A stretch of 43,632 nucleotides of DNA from Lentisphaeria bacterium (GTDB lineage: Bacteria; Verrucomicrobiota; Lentisphaeria; Oligosphaerales; Oligosphaeraceae): NCBI GenBank assembly GCA_033809415.1, contig JAPXLT010000001.1, forward strand, positions 1-43,632. The letters are read 5' to 3'. Positions 24,040 through 32,290 of the stretch are shown here, in pieces. The translations under genes were made by a program, and so were the position numbers. The notes below the pieces were generated by a model. That model worked only from the letters and a program-made list of their open reading frames with translations. It was not told the DNA's origin and did no database searches. Each line of letters opens with the position of its first letter. Position 1 is the first letter of the stretch.

Positions 24040-25446
24040 AATGCTAACTTGTTTTTCAGGCAAAAAAGGCTTCTAATGACATGGATTTTTCCCCAGCGTC
24101 GGTCGGATTTTCTGCCTGATCGCATCCCAGTCCGCCGCCAGTTTGGGCGGCTTAATCATTGATGCGTCCTACTGTGGCGCGGCATGATACAATACCTTGA
24201 ATTTGCTCCACAAATTTCTGCGTGTCGCTTGAACAAGGCACGGCTCTCCAGGGGGAGAACGCTCCCCGGCGGGCGCTAAGGCGTTCAATTAAAAGCGCAA
24301 TAAACATTTTACCGTGCAGCCATGCCTGAGCGCTGCTGTCCGTATACTTTGGCAGCGCCCCGATCCTGGCTATGCTTTTGAATCTCTTGAACACAGGCTC
24401 CACCTGCCACCGGAGCCTGTATAGTTCAAGGACTTGTTTCAGGCTGAAAATCTCCGTGGGCAACGTCGTTATCAAGACAATGAAATCGCATGCGAGAAGC
24501 GCAAGCTCGGAGGTAGTCTTCTGCTTCTTTGAAGCCGCAACACTGTTCAGGACTCTTCTGGCGCGTTCCGCCGATTCGTCGTTTCTCCGGATGATGCAGA
24601 CGCGGCACGGCAGCTTCTCCCCCGGCGCATCGCCATGAATGAAGACATCGGCCTCGCCGCACATCCCATCACGCGGATGTGCCTTGAAAAGACCTCGGAT
24701 GTCGAAGGCACTTCCATCTCCGTTGTACAATGGAAGGGTTCCACTGTCCCAGCGGACGCAGCTGTATCCGCCTCCCGCCGCTACGTGCCGGATGCTGTTG
24801 AACCTGCAGTATCCCCAGTCGCTCACCATGATGTCATTCGGCTCGATTTCAAACTGCTCCAGCCCTTCAGCCACCGCTTTTGTAAGGTTGAAGGAGTCGC
24901 AAGCCATGTCCGGTAGCGAATAGCTGTAATGCAGCTTCCATCGCGTGCCGAACTGCCCCGTTTCTCTGATGCTCACTCCGTCAGCCAGACGGATGCGGTA
25001 GCCGTCGAAATCCGCGCCGCAGCTGACATTGCCGAACATTGCCGCGCAAAGCTCCTTGAACATATCGCTGCTTTTGCGGAGGCGTTTCAGGAGTGCTACA
25101 TCGCTCAAGGATGCAATGCCCGCCTCGGCGGCGATTGCGGATGTCTCACGGAGCGAGTACCCGCAGAGGAGGTGGAGCATAAGCACATGCATCAGCCTCT
25201 CCGGTTCCTTGTCTTTCCGCTGTCCTTTCAGCACATTGGTGGCCGCAGCGATCTCCCGCCAATTAGCCGGAAAACATGCCAGAAAATCGTCCCACGCCGA
25301 AATGTCATCTGTCTTGAAAACGCTTGAAGGTGTGTCGCTCATAATCTGCATCCTGTTGCCTGATTCTCAACGAAAAAACAACATAAAAATAATGTAAACC
25401 ATCAGCAACGAAATGCAATCTATGAAATCGAAAATAAGTTAGCAAA
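24040..25446 (-). mobile_element. IS4-family insertion sequence (about 1.4 kb); ends approximate
   Basis: Single DDE transposase ORF. Terminal inverted repeat core TGCTAACTTRTTTT at 24042-24055 and, reverse-complemented, at 25431-25444. I could not resolve the target-site duplication in the A/T-rich flanks. Confidence 0.75.
24152..25351 (-). CDS. IS4-family DDE transposase
   Basis: 399 aa. C-terminal YRLRWQVEPVFKRFK fits the IS4-family Y-(2)-R-(3)-E-(6)-K signature. N-terminal LMHVLMLHLLCGYSLRETSAIA...SDVALLKRLRKS is typical of IS4-like transposases. Confidence 0.85.
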   Translation of the reverse strand: MQIMSDTPSSVFKTDDISAWDDFLACFPANWREIAAATNVLKGQRKDKEPERLMHVLMLHLLCGYSLRETSAIAAEAGIASLSDVALLKRLRKSSDMFKELCAAMFGNVSCGADFDGYRIRLADGVSIRETGQFGTRWKLHYSYSLPDMACDSFNLTKAVAEGLEQFEIEPNDIMVSDWGYCRFNSIRHVAAGGGYSCVRWDSGTLPLYNGDGSAFDIRGLFKAHPRDGMCGEADVFIHGDAPGEKLPCRVCIIRRNDESAERARRVLNSVAASKKQKTTSELALLACDFIVLITTLPTEIFSLKQVLELYRLRWQVEPVFKRFKSIARIGALPKYTDSSAQAWLHGKMFIALLIERLSARRGAFSPWRAVPCSSDTQKFVEQIQGIVSCRATVGRIND

Positions 25447-25450
25447 ATAA

Positions 25451-25796
25451 GGGCAGGGTGCAGGGGTCAGGGTGCAGGGGTCAGGGTGCAGGAGGCAGGG
25501 GCAGGGGCAGGGGCAGGGGCAGGGGCAGGGTGCGTCTTCTGTCCACAATGTCCACAGCGTCCACCCTGTCCACCCCGTCCACCCTGTACCCTGCCTGCCT
25601 CGCATCCTCCTGCCGTTACGCGCGCGCACGTACCGAGGGTGGGTTGCCCCCTGGGTGGGTGGGGCTGGATGATTTCTGAACCACGGCGAAAAAATAGTGC
25701 CGAAAAACCGAAATTTCAAGCAAAATCATAAGAAGTTATACAGAAACATAGAAAATCCTACAAAATCCTACAATTCCTAAGCCTGGGAATCTGCGT
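25451..25796 (+). repeat. Composite mosaic: G-rich heptamer/hexamer arrays / GTCCAC 9-mers / module B copy 3
   Basis: GGGCAGGGTGCAGGGGTCAGGG... then a (GGGGCA)x5-6 run inside the 25497-25538 G-rich stretch. Five 9-mers at 25547-25591. B at 25617-25796 (…CTGAACCACGGCGAAAAAATAGTGCCGAAAAACCGAAATTTCAAGCAAAATCATAAGAAG…). Confidence 0.9.
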
Positions 25797-25898
25797 CCAT
25801 CTGCAGATAAAATATGCTCGGGAACCTTTTTTTTTAGACGTGGTCTATTTAAAAGCCGATTGCCGTAACGGTAAGACGTCAGTGCAACTGGATGACAG

Positions 25899-26025
25899 TT
25901 TTTTTTACAACGAAAAACACGAATGGACACGAAAAAATTTCATGGAAAATACGACTTGTTCTCGCAGACAAAGCCACTTCCATGAAATTTTTTCGTGTCC
26001 TTTCGGGCATTTCGTTGTTCAAAAA
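25899..26025. repeat. Inverted pair of D elements (copies 10 and 11) forming a long hairpin
   Basis: TTTTTTTACAACGAAAAACACGAATGGACACGAAAAAATTTCATGG, a 34-nt loop, then CCATGAAATTTTTTCGTGTCCTTTCGGGCATTTCGTTGTTCAAAAA. The inner 21 bp are perfectly complementary. Confidence 0.85.
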
Positions 26026-26249
26026 GAATTTCTTGCCTATCCGGGGTCACTGCCGCCTTGCCGCAACGACGCAAAAAACCTTCCATGATCCTCGAATCCA
26101 GTAGTAAAATGGCGTCGGGAAGGTACATTAAACGTCAGGACACGGGCCTGCCCTTTTGCGGCGTTTCCCTGTTGGGCGGGAAATAATCCCGCTTTTGAAC
26201 CGTTTATTGCTTGGAGCTTTTTTCTGCATCCAGGCTGATTTTCGAAAAT

Positions 26250-27680
26250 ATGGTTAATTTTGTCAGAACAATTTCAACGGCGGTATCCTGGAATCGGCAA
26301 GCCTGCCATGTCATCCGATTGCAGCGCTTCCGCGACACCTTCAAAGTGCTTGCCTGCTGGAGCGGAGAAGTCACGAAGGAGCAGTCTCTGGCAGAACTGA
26401 TTGCATTGGGGGTGAAAAGCGTCGATGCCTCCGATCAGGAGTTCATTGTTGCCAGTGGAGATACGACCGGCTGGGGTACCGCAGAAGTACAGCTGCCCGC
26501 GTTGTCCAAGCCAGAAATAAAAAGCGCATTGCACTTCGAGCTGCGCAAACAGACCCCGATCCCTCCCGAAAAACTGCGCTGGGGATACCGGATACTGGAA
26601 AATTCCGACAAGGGCATCCGCGTCCGGCTTTTTTACATCAAGGAAGAAGAGTGGGGGCGCTGGTGCAGCGCATTGAAAGGGCTTTCCCACGTTGATGTCA
26701 TCCTGCCCGCACAACTGGCCCTGGACCCCCTGTTCGAGGACGTGGATTGCTTCTTCCCGGATGAGACAGAACAGGCCGGATATGCCTGCCGCCGTGTAAA
26801 TGACAAACGGCTAATTGTGCGCGAACCAACCCCGCCGGAACTGACACCGGAAAAGGCATTTCCGCCGTTTGCCAGTTTCCAGCCAGGTCCATTGGGCGAC
26901 AAGACGCCTGCCGAGCAAATGGACTTTATCCCGGCTTTGATGGCGGCTGCCTATGGACTCACTCGTAATTCCAACCAGGATCAGGCTACCCTTATTCCAC
27001 CACCGGATGCGCTGAAGGCGCATCGCTATATCGCCAGCAAAATGATCGCAGCAGGGTTGCTCATATTCACCTGTGTCACCCTGATGCTGGGAATGGCCAG
27101 AAACCTCCAGGCAAGAGCCGCGCATCTGCGAAAAATCGACGCGGAAATCGGGAAGGTGCAGGCAGAGCTGAAGGCATTGCAAGCCAACCAGGGCGGCAAC
27201 ACCGAAAAGGAATTTGTCACCGTCCTCGAACAGGAATTGCGTGACCACGTGCAATCGATGCCAAGCTTCCCGGAAGTGCTGCTCGAACTGACCAACCTTA
27301 TCGAAGCGCCAACGTGGGCATCCTCGCGCATGGAATGGAACGCCGGCCAAGTCTCCCTGCAACTGCAAAGCCCGCAACGAGACCTCGAACTGCCCGGAAA
27401 ACTCGAAGAATCCCCAGTGCTTGGCGATGTGCGTGAATTGTCATCATCCTACAACCAGGGAAACTACCTTGCGCGCTACACTATGAATGCGCGATACGAC
27501 ACCCCCGAGGAAAAAGTCGAATTCGAACAGCGCCGGGCAAAGCGCCAAGAGCAAGAACAGCTGCGGAAACAGCAGGAGGCAGCAGAAGCAAAGCAGAAAG
27601 CAGCGGAAGCGAAAGCCGCCGAAGAAGCCGAACAGCAGGACGGTGAAGAGACCGCAGCTGAAGAGATGGAACAGGAATAG
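26250..27680 (+). CDS. T2SS/T4P inner-membrane assembly protein, GspL- or PilM/PilN-like (putative)
   Basis: Track ORF (TTG 26211) trimmed to ATG 26250. About 270-aa cytoplasmic domain, one TM segment (MIAAGLLIFTCVTLMLGMA), a coiled-coil periplasmic part and a Glu/Lys/Ala-rich tail. Assignment rests on topology plus position upstream of a GspM-like gene and a secretin. Confidence 0.45.
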   Translation: MVNFVRTISTAVSWNRQACHVIRLQRFRDTFKVLACWSGEVTKEQSLAELIALGVKSVDASDQEFIVASGDTTGWGTAEVQLPALSKPEIKSALHFELRKQTPIPPEKLRWGYRILENSDKGIRVRLFYIKEEEWGRWCSALKGLSHVDVILPAQLALDPLFEDVDCFFPDETEQAGYACRRVNDKRLIVREPTPPELTPEKAFPPFASFQPGPLGDKTPAEQMDFIPALMAAAYGLTRNSNQDQATLIPPPDALKAHRYIASKMIAAGLLIFTCVTLMLGMARNLQARAAHLRKIDAEIGKVQAELKALQANQGGNTEKEFVTVLEQELRDHVQSMPSFPEVLLELTNLIEAPTWASSRMEWNAGQVSLQLQSPQRDLELPGKLEESPVLGDVRELSSSYNQGNYLARYTMNARYDTPEEKVEFEQRRAKRQEQEQLRKQQEAAEAKQKAAEAKAAEEAEQQDGEETAAEEMEQE

Positions 27681-27725
27681 GGCTGATACGCGCCATACCC
27701 AGCGCAAAGGCTTCAAGAAAATTTT

Positions 27726-28355
27726 ATGGCAAGCATTTCGAAAATCAATCGCAGACAACTGGTGTTGCTGGCACTGATGCTGGTGATCGGCTTCTTCTTC
27801 GTCAGGCGCTATGTGACTTTTGCGCTGCCGACAACGCCACTGATCGATGAACGCCTCCTGAAATTGCAGTCCTTGCGGGGAGACTTGCAGGTCGCCCGAA
27901 AACAGGCCGAAGACCGCTTGCAGGAAATCAAAGCCTTGCAGAGCCTGGCCGAGCCGTATTGGGTTCCCACCGGGCAACGTGCCCTCGTCGATCAGGAGAT
28001 CAACAAGGAGTTTGGCAAGCTTTTGCGTCAGGCGCAACTGCCGGCCAACCAGAAAATCGATCTGCAACGCAATAAACTGCCAGGAGTGAACCATATTCAG
28101 GAGGTGCAGATTCGCCTGGAACTGCGCGGCATCAGCATGAGGGAGGTCAGCAGGTTGTTGCAGGAAGTCCATAAATACGGCGACAAATTGAGCTGGAGCT
28201 ATTGCCGCATCGAGCCAGACAATCCACGCACCCCGAAGAACGTTAATCTGTCAGCGCGTTTGCGCGCCTTGGTTCTAGGCAATGAAGCGGCGGATTACCT
28301 GAATCAGAGCGCGGCTGGCAAACAGCGCAATGAGCAAGGAGTACCCGCAATATGA
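27726..28355 (+). CDS. GspM/PilO-like bitopic membrane protein (putative)
   Basis: 209 aa. N-terminal TM (LVLLALMLVIGFFFV) followed by a coiled coil. Assigned from size, topology and context only. Confidence 0.4.
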   Translation: MASISKINRRQLVLLALMLVIGFFFVRRYVTFALPTTPLIDERLLKLQSLRGDLQVARKQAEDRLQEIKALQSLAEPYWVPTGQRALVDQEINKEFGKLLRQAQLPANQKIDLQRNKLPGVNHIQEVQIRLELRGISMREVSRLLQEVHKYGDKLSWSYCRIEPDNPRTPKNVNLSARLRALVLGNEAADYLNQSAAGKQRNEQGVPAI

Positions 28356-29359
28356 ACGGCCTCTCATGGTTCATCCTCAACCTGGCACTGCTAGTCGCAG
28401 CAATCTCCAGCAGGCCCATCATGAAAAAACTCTCGAATCCGGAATTGCCCCCGATCGAACAGCAGGAAAAAAGCACCCGCGAAAGCAAAACTGCCCGCAT
28501 CGAGCCAATACAGCCTGCCCATAGCCGGACAAAGACGAAAGCGCTTGCGCTGGATGGATTGTGGGAGAAATCGCTCTTCTGCCCGGAAAGAACGGAGAGC
28601 AATCTCCCTGAAGGCGATGCCGGTGAGACACCCGCACAGGCTGCCGAAAAATCCGATTTCGAGTTAACTGGGATTGCTTGGATCGGGCTTCCGGGTGAAG
28701 TAAAGCCGGTAGCGGTCATTAAGCAGCAGAAAATCCAGATGCGTCCATCCGCAAGGACACGTGCTACTGGTTCCCGCGGACGCATTCCCCAAAGGACTCC
28801 ACAGCAGCCTGCTCCCGAACCTGAAAAGCCCCAGAAGGTGATTTTTGCGGAGGGGGATTTGATCAATGATACAGGGTACACCCTCCTCGAGATCAACACC
28901 AAGGAAAACAGCGCCATTCTGGTACGCGGCAGCGAACGCCTCGAACTGAAAATTGAATTCGGCAGCGACGCCAGCTCCGAACGCAAGAATATCGCTGTCA
29001 CGGAGGCAGCCAACCGGCAGAAACAGCGTGAACAGGAACAGAAAGCAATCGCGGCTCAGCACGCCAAGCCGACCGACCAGGCCGCCAATGCCGCAGCCAA
29101 CGTAAATGCCGGAGTCGCCGGGCAACCACCACCACCACCTGGAGTGGATGGCGGCATCCCTGTTAAACCGACCACAGCCCCTCAGAGGCCGAGGGCAGAG
29201 CGTATCACACCGGGAAGCGCCAAGTCCGGAGCCGAAGAGGCGATTCAGCCGCCTCCCGCCGTGCGGCGTAGCAAGGATGAGGCGCCAAGTTCAAAGCAGC
29301 AGCGCTTGCAGCAACTGTATCGGGAAAGTGCAGAACGCAGGGCTAAAAAGGCCCAGTAA
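28352..29359 (+). CDS. GspC/PilP-like bitopic protein with Pro/Gln-rich linkers (putative)
   Basis: ATGA overlap with the upstream gene. N-terminal TM (LSWFILNLALLVAAI). The segment FELTGIAWIGLPGEVKPVAVIKQQ...IFAEGDLINDTGYTLLEINTKENSAILVRGSERLELKI resembles the GspC HR / PilP beta-domain pattern. Confidence 0.4.
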   Translation: MNGLSWFILNLALLVAAISSRPIMKKLSNPELPPIEQQEKSTRESKTARIEPIQPAHSRTKTKALALDGLWEKSLFCPERTESNLPEGDAGETPAQAAEKSDFELTGIAWIGLPGEVKPVAVIKQQKIQMRPSARTRATGSRGRIPQRTPQQPAPEPEKPQKVIFAEGDLINDTGYTLLEINTKENSAILVRGSERLELKIEFGSDASSERKNIAVTEAANRQKQREQEQKAIAAQHAKPTDQAANAAANVNAGVAGQPPPPPGVDGGIPVKPTTAPQRPRAERITPGSAKSGAEEAIQPPPAVRRSKDEAPSSKQQRLQQLYRESAERRAKKAQ

Positions 29360-29386
29360 AACGTTATTTCCAATAAGGGTTTGTCT

Positions 29387-31702
29387 ATGTTCAGCTTAGT
29401 CAGAACGAAAACTTTTTTCTTCTTGAGTATCGCAGTATTCTTCTGGGGAGGATGCCAGACCATCGAGCACGAGGGTTTTGCCCAGAAAGACCAGGCTTTT
29501 GATGCGGCCCTGCCGGAACCGCGCCCGTTGCCCTTCCAGCAGATCACCAGCCGCAAAGCGGAAATGATGGATGAAACCCCCCTGGCAGTCGCTGCTGACA
29601 CGGACGCCGAGAATCCCTCGATCGAGCGCAAGCTGGACATGCCAGCCCGCGTCTCATCGAAAGAAGGCGAAAGTTTTGCAGCCTCGGAGTATCCTGACAA
29701 TCTGATCAAGGGAGTGCCGGACCCGGAAACGGAGCTCGAGGTCGGCTTTGTCTTCAATGGCGATTCCATCGATGTGGTCACCAAAACTTTCGCTTCCGAA
29801 AACATGCTGAATTTCAGCTACCTGGTGGACCCCGCAGTGAAGGGGGCGATCACCATGGAGATCAAAACCAAAATGACGGCGCGGGAAACCTGGGCGACCT
29901 TCGAGCATATCCTCTGGCTGGCCGGTGCATACGCCTCGAAAAATCCAGGATTTATACACATCCTGCCGTTTGACAAGATGCCGAAGGAGCGCAGGATTTT
30001 TGCCGATCATGAAATCCAGCCCAATGTCATTGTCGATTTCCTGTACGTCCGCTACAAAAAAAGCGCCGATATCGCCAATCTGATCAAGCCATTTATGACC
30101 GATGGCGCAACAGTGACCGACCTGGTGGACTCGAATACGCTGATTGTAGTCGAGGCGCCGGCCAATATCAATAAAATCCGGGAGCTGGTCAAACGTCTCG
30201 ATAATAAAGGCGAGCGTGCCTGGCCAGTCAAATGTTTCCCCTGCAAAGAGGTCGATGCCGAGGAGCTGGCCGCCGAACTGCAACTGCTGTTGCCGGTGGT
30301 GGGACTACCGGTAGCCACCGGAACGGGCACTAGCGGGGGAGCGATCAAAGTCACCGCGCTGCCGCGGATCGGCATCATCATCGTTTCCGCAGCCCTCGAG
30401 GAAGTTGTCGATGAAGTCGGAAACTGGATCAAGTCCCTCGACCGCTCCGACCTGCTCGACCGCGAGGAAATTTACTTTTACAATGTGCGCCATAGCACGG
30501 TGGAAAAACTGAGCGCATCCCTGGATGCATTCTTCAATACCGTCACCAGCAGCAGCCCAACGACGGCATCCACGACCAAAAGCACCTCCGCCAAGGCGTC
30601 AGCAACCACTGGCAGTGACTTGTCAACCGGCAGCACCAGTCAGCGCAATACTTCACAGACCCGCAGCACAAGCTCGAACAGGCGCACATCCCAGGACAAG
30701 CAGAGCGGAGAGAAAAATTCGCTGACCACCACCGTTTTTGATACGGAAGTGATCGTTTATACGGATGATGAAAGCAACCGGATTACCCTGAAGACGACAC
30801 CGCGCACCTGGAACTTGATCAAGCTGTTTCTCGAACGCCAGGACGTCCCGCCGCGCCAGGTGGCCATCCAGGCCATTATCACCGAAATCAAGCTCGATAA
30901 GTCCAACGAATTCGGCATCAGCTACAGCCTCGAACGGGCGCTGCTCAATGGCACCCTGGCCGCCGGAAGCTTCGGGGCGGATACTGTCCTGAAATCAACA
31001 GCGCCGGGCAGCTTGATCGGAGGTAGCGGCGAGGCCGGCGGCGATACCTTGAATGCCTTGACCTCGACGGGGCTGGGCTTGCTGTTCAACAACAAGGCCG
31101 GAGATACCTTGGCCTTCCTGAAAGCCTATGCCGGCGAAGGCAACACACGGGTGCTGTCCGAACCGCAACTGGTGGTGCTCAGCGGATCATCGGGTTCGAT
31201 GCAGGCTGGCGAATCCGTGCCAATCGCTTCGGAATCGACTACCTACAGTGACAGCAGCAATAATTTCCGCACCAACTATGAATACAAGGATGTCGGCGTG
31301 ATCATGACCGTCACCCCCTACATCACCGCCGGACATGATGTGCGAATGGTGATCGAACAGGAAGTCTCGAGCGTCTCCAGAAACGCCGATACGACCAATC
31401 CGACCATCTCCAAGAAAACAGTCTCTTCCGAGCTGGTAGTCGCTGACAATACGACGTTGCTGATGGGCGGCATGATCCAGAATACCAGCACCACTGGACG
31501 CTATGGAATCCCGTTTCTGATGGATATCCCATACATAGGATTCATCTTCGGCTACAACACCACCTCGAACGTCCGCACCGAATTGCTGATCCTGCTCACC
31601 GTCAATGTCCTGGATACCAAAAACCCCCAGGAGGAACTGATCCGCCGCTACAAAGCCTCACTCGAGGAAATTGCCAAAAGCCGCGATACCGAACTGTTTT
31701 GA
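29387..31702 (+). CDS. Secretin (GspD/PilQ family outer-membrane channel), probable lipoprotein
   Basis: Track TTG 29381 trimmed to ATG 29387. Lipobox-like FFWGGC. Ser/Thr-rich linker. C-terminal secretin domain (VLSEPQLVVLSGSSGSMQAGESVPI...GIPFLMDIPYIGFIFG). Confidence 0.85.
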   Translation: MFSLVRTKTFFFLSIAVFFWGGCQTIEHEGFAQKDQAFDAALPEPRPLPFQQITSRKAEMMDETPLAVAADTDAENPSIERKLDMPARVSSKEGESFAASEYPDNLIKGVPDPETELEVGFVFNGDSIDVVTKTFASENMLNFSYLVDPAVKGAITMEIKTKMTARETWATFEHILWLAGAYASKNPGFIHILPFDKMPKERRIFADHEIQPNVIVDFLYVRYKKSADIANLIKPFMTDGATVTDLVDSNTLIVVEAPANINKIRELVKRLDNKGERAWPVKCFPCKEVDAEELAAELQLLLPVVGLPVATGTGTSGGAIKVTALPRIGIIIVSAALEEVVDEVGNWIKSLDRSDLLDREEIYFYNVRHSTVEKLSASLDAFFNTVTSSSPTTASTTKSTSAKASATTGSDLSTGSTSQRNTSQTRSTSSNRRTSQDKQSGEKNSLTTTVFDTEVIVYTDDESNRITLKTTPRTWNLIKLFLERQDVPPRQVAIQAIITEIKLDKSNEFGISYSLERALLNGTLAAGSFGADTVLKSTAPGSLIGGSGEAGGDTLNALTSTGLGLLFNNKAGDTLAFLKAYAGEGNTRVLSEPQLVVLSGSSGSMQAGESVPIASESTTYSDSSNNFRTNYEYKDVGVIMTVTPYITAGHDVRMVIEQEVSSVSRNADTTNPTISKKTVSSELVVADNTTLLMGGMIQNTSTTGRYGIPFLMDIPYIGFIFGYNTTSNVRTELLILLTVNVLDTKNPQEELIRRYKASLEEIAKSRDTELF

Positions 31703-31713
31703 GCACAACACAT

Positions 31714-31836
31714 TTTTTAACAACGAAAAGACACGAAAAGACACGAAAATTTTTTTATAGGGTTGTTGCTTCGACGGATGAAATGGCACGCGAATTTGTG
31801 ATCTGGCCTATTGGTTTCTCCAACGGATCAGTCAGG
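31714..31836 (-). repeat. D element copy 12, long form (reverse; hairpin module degenerate)
   Basis: TTTTTTAACAACGAAAAGACACGAAAAGACACGAAAATTTTTTTATAGGGTTGTTGCTTCGACGGATGAAATGGCACGCGAA...GGTTTCTCCAACGGATCAGTCAGGG. Confidence 0.85.
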
Positions 31837-32002
31837 GCGTTTCATTCTCTTTCATGGATAGTGGCAAGAACGGGAAACGAATGGCTGATCGGCGATGTAG
31901 GAATTAGCCCTGAAGGGGCGTGACATACCAGCCCAGGGCAACGCCCTGGGTTCGGATACCCATCCATCCGCAAAGCCCTGAAAGGGCGCGACATAATCTC
32001 TG

Positions 32003-32092
32003 TCCATCGTCCATCGTCCATCGTCCATTCAGCAGTCCATTCTTGTCCATTCCGTCCATCTTGTCCATTCCTGTCCCTGTCCATCGTCCATA
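32003..32092. repeat. Degenerate GTCCAT-based tandem array (7- to 12-nt units)
   Basis: GTCCATCGTCCATCGTCCATCGTCCATTCAGCAGTCCATTCTTGTCCATTCCGTCCATCTTGTCCATTCCTGTCCCTGTCCATCGTCCAT. Confidence 0.85.
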
Positions 32093-32133
32093 AAAAATCT
32101 TTCCCAAAAAACAAGATTCTGGGTGATAGTAGT

Positions 32134-32218
32134 ACGAAAATTTTTTTATAGGGTTGTTGCTTCGACGGATGAAATGGCATGTGGTTTAAAAAGTAGCGCA
32201 ACCGTCTCGGTTGTGATT
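32134..32218. repeat. D fragment (reverse) fused to module A (forward); the same junction as 40319-40430 in the opposite orientation
   Basis: ACGAAAATTTTTTTATAGGGTTGTTGCTTCGACGGATGAAATGGCATGTG-GTTTAAAAAGTAGCGCAACCGTCTCGGTTGTGAT. Confidence 0.85.
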
Positions 32219-32290
32219 GCTGTTTGCCCTCCCACGCTCGCACGCTCCCGTATGCAAGGGGCGCGTGACATAATCCCTAATCCAAATACC

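Noticed and set aside
23600-24162. Five overlapping ORFs (67-146 aa) on both strands with striking periodic proteins (PSPPSPPSP..., STQSTQST..., VHPVHPVHP..., GLGGLGGLG..., WTGWTGWTG...).
   Set aside because: They are translations of the 9-mer and heptamer tandem arrays. All frames on both strands are open simply because the units contain no stop codons. There is no RBS and no non-repeat domain. The same applies to ORFs at 1087-1840, 3029-3296, 11136-11975, 25420-25731 and 36076-36561.
26176-26196. A small terminator-like hairpin (GCGGGA-aataa-TCCCGC-TTTT) upstream of the T2SS-like cluster.
   Set aside because: There is no upstream gene on this strand for it to terminate (only repeats), and the stem is only 6 bp. 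It could be part of a leader, but the evidence is too thin to call a feature.
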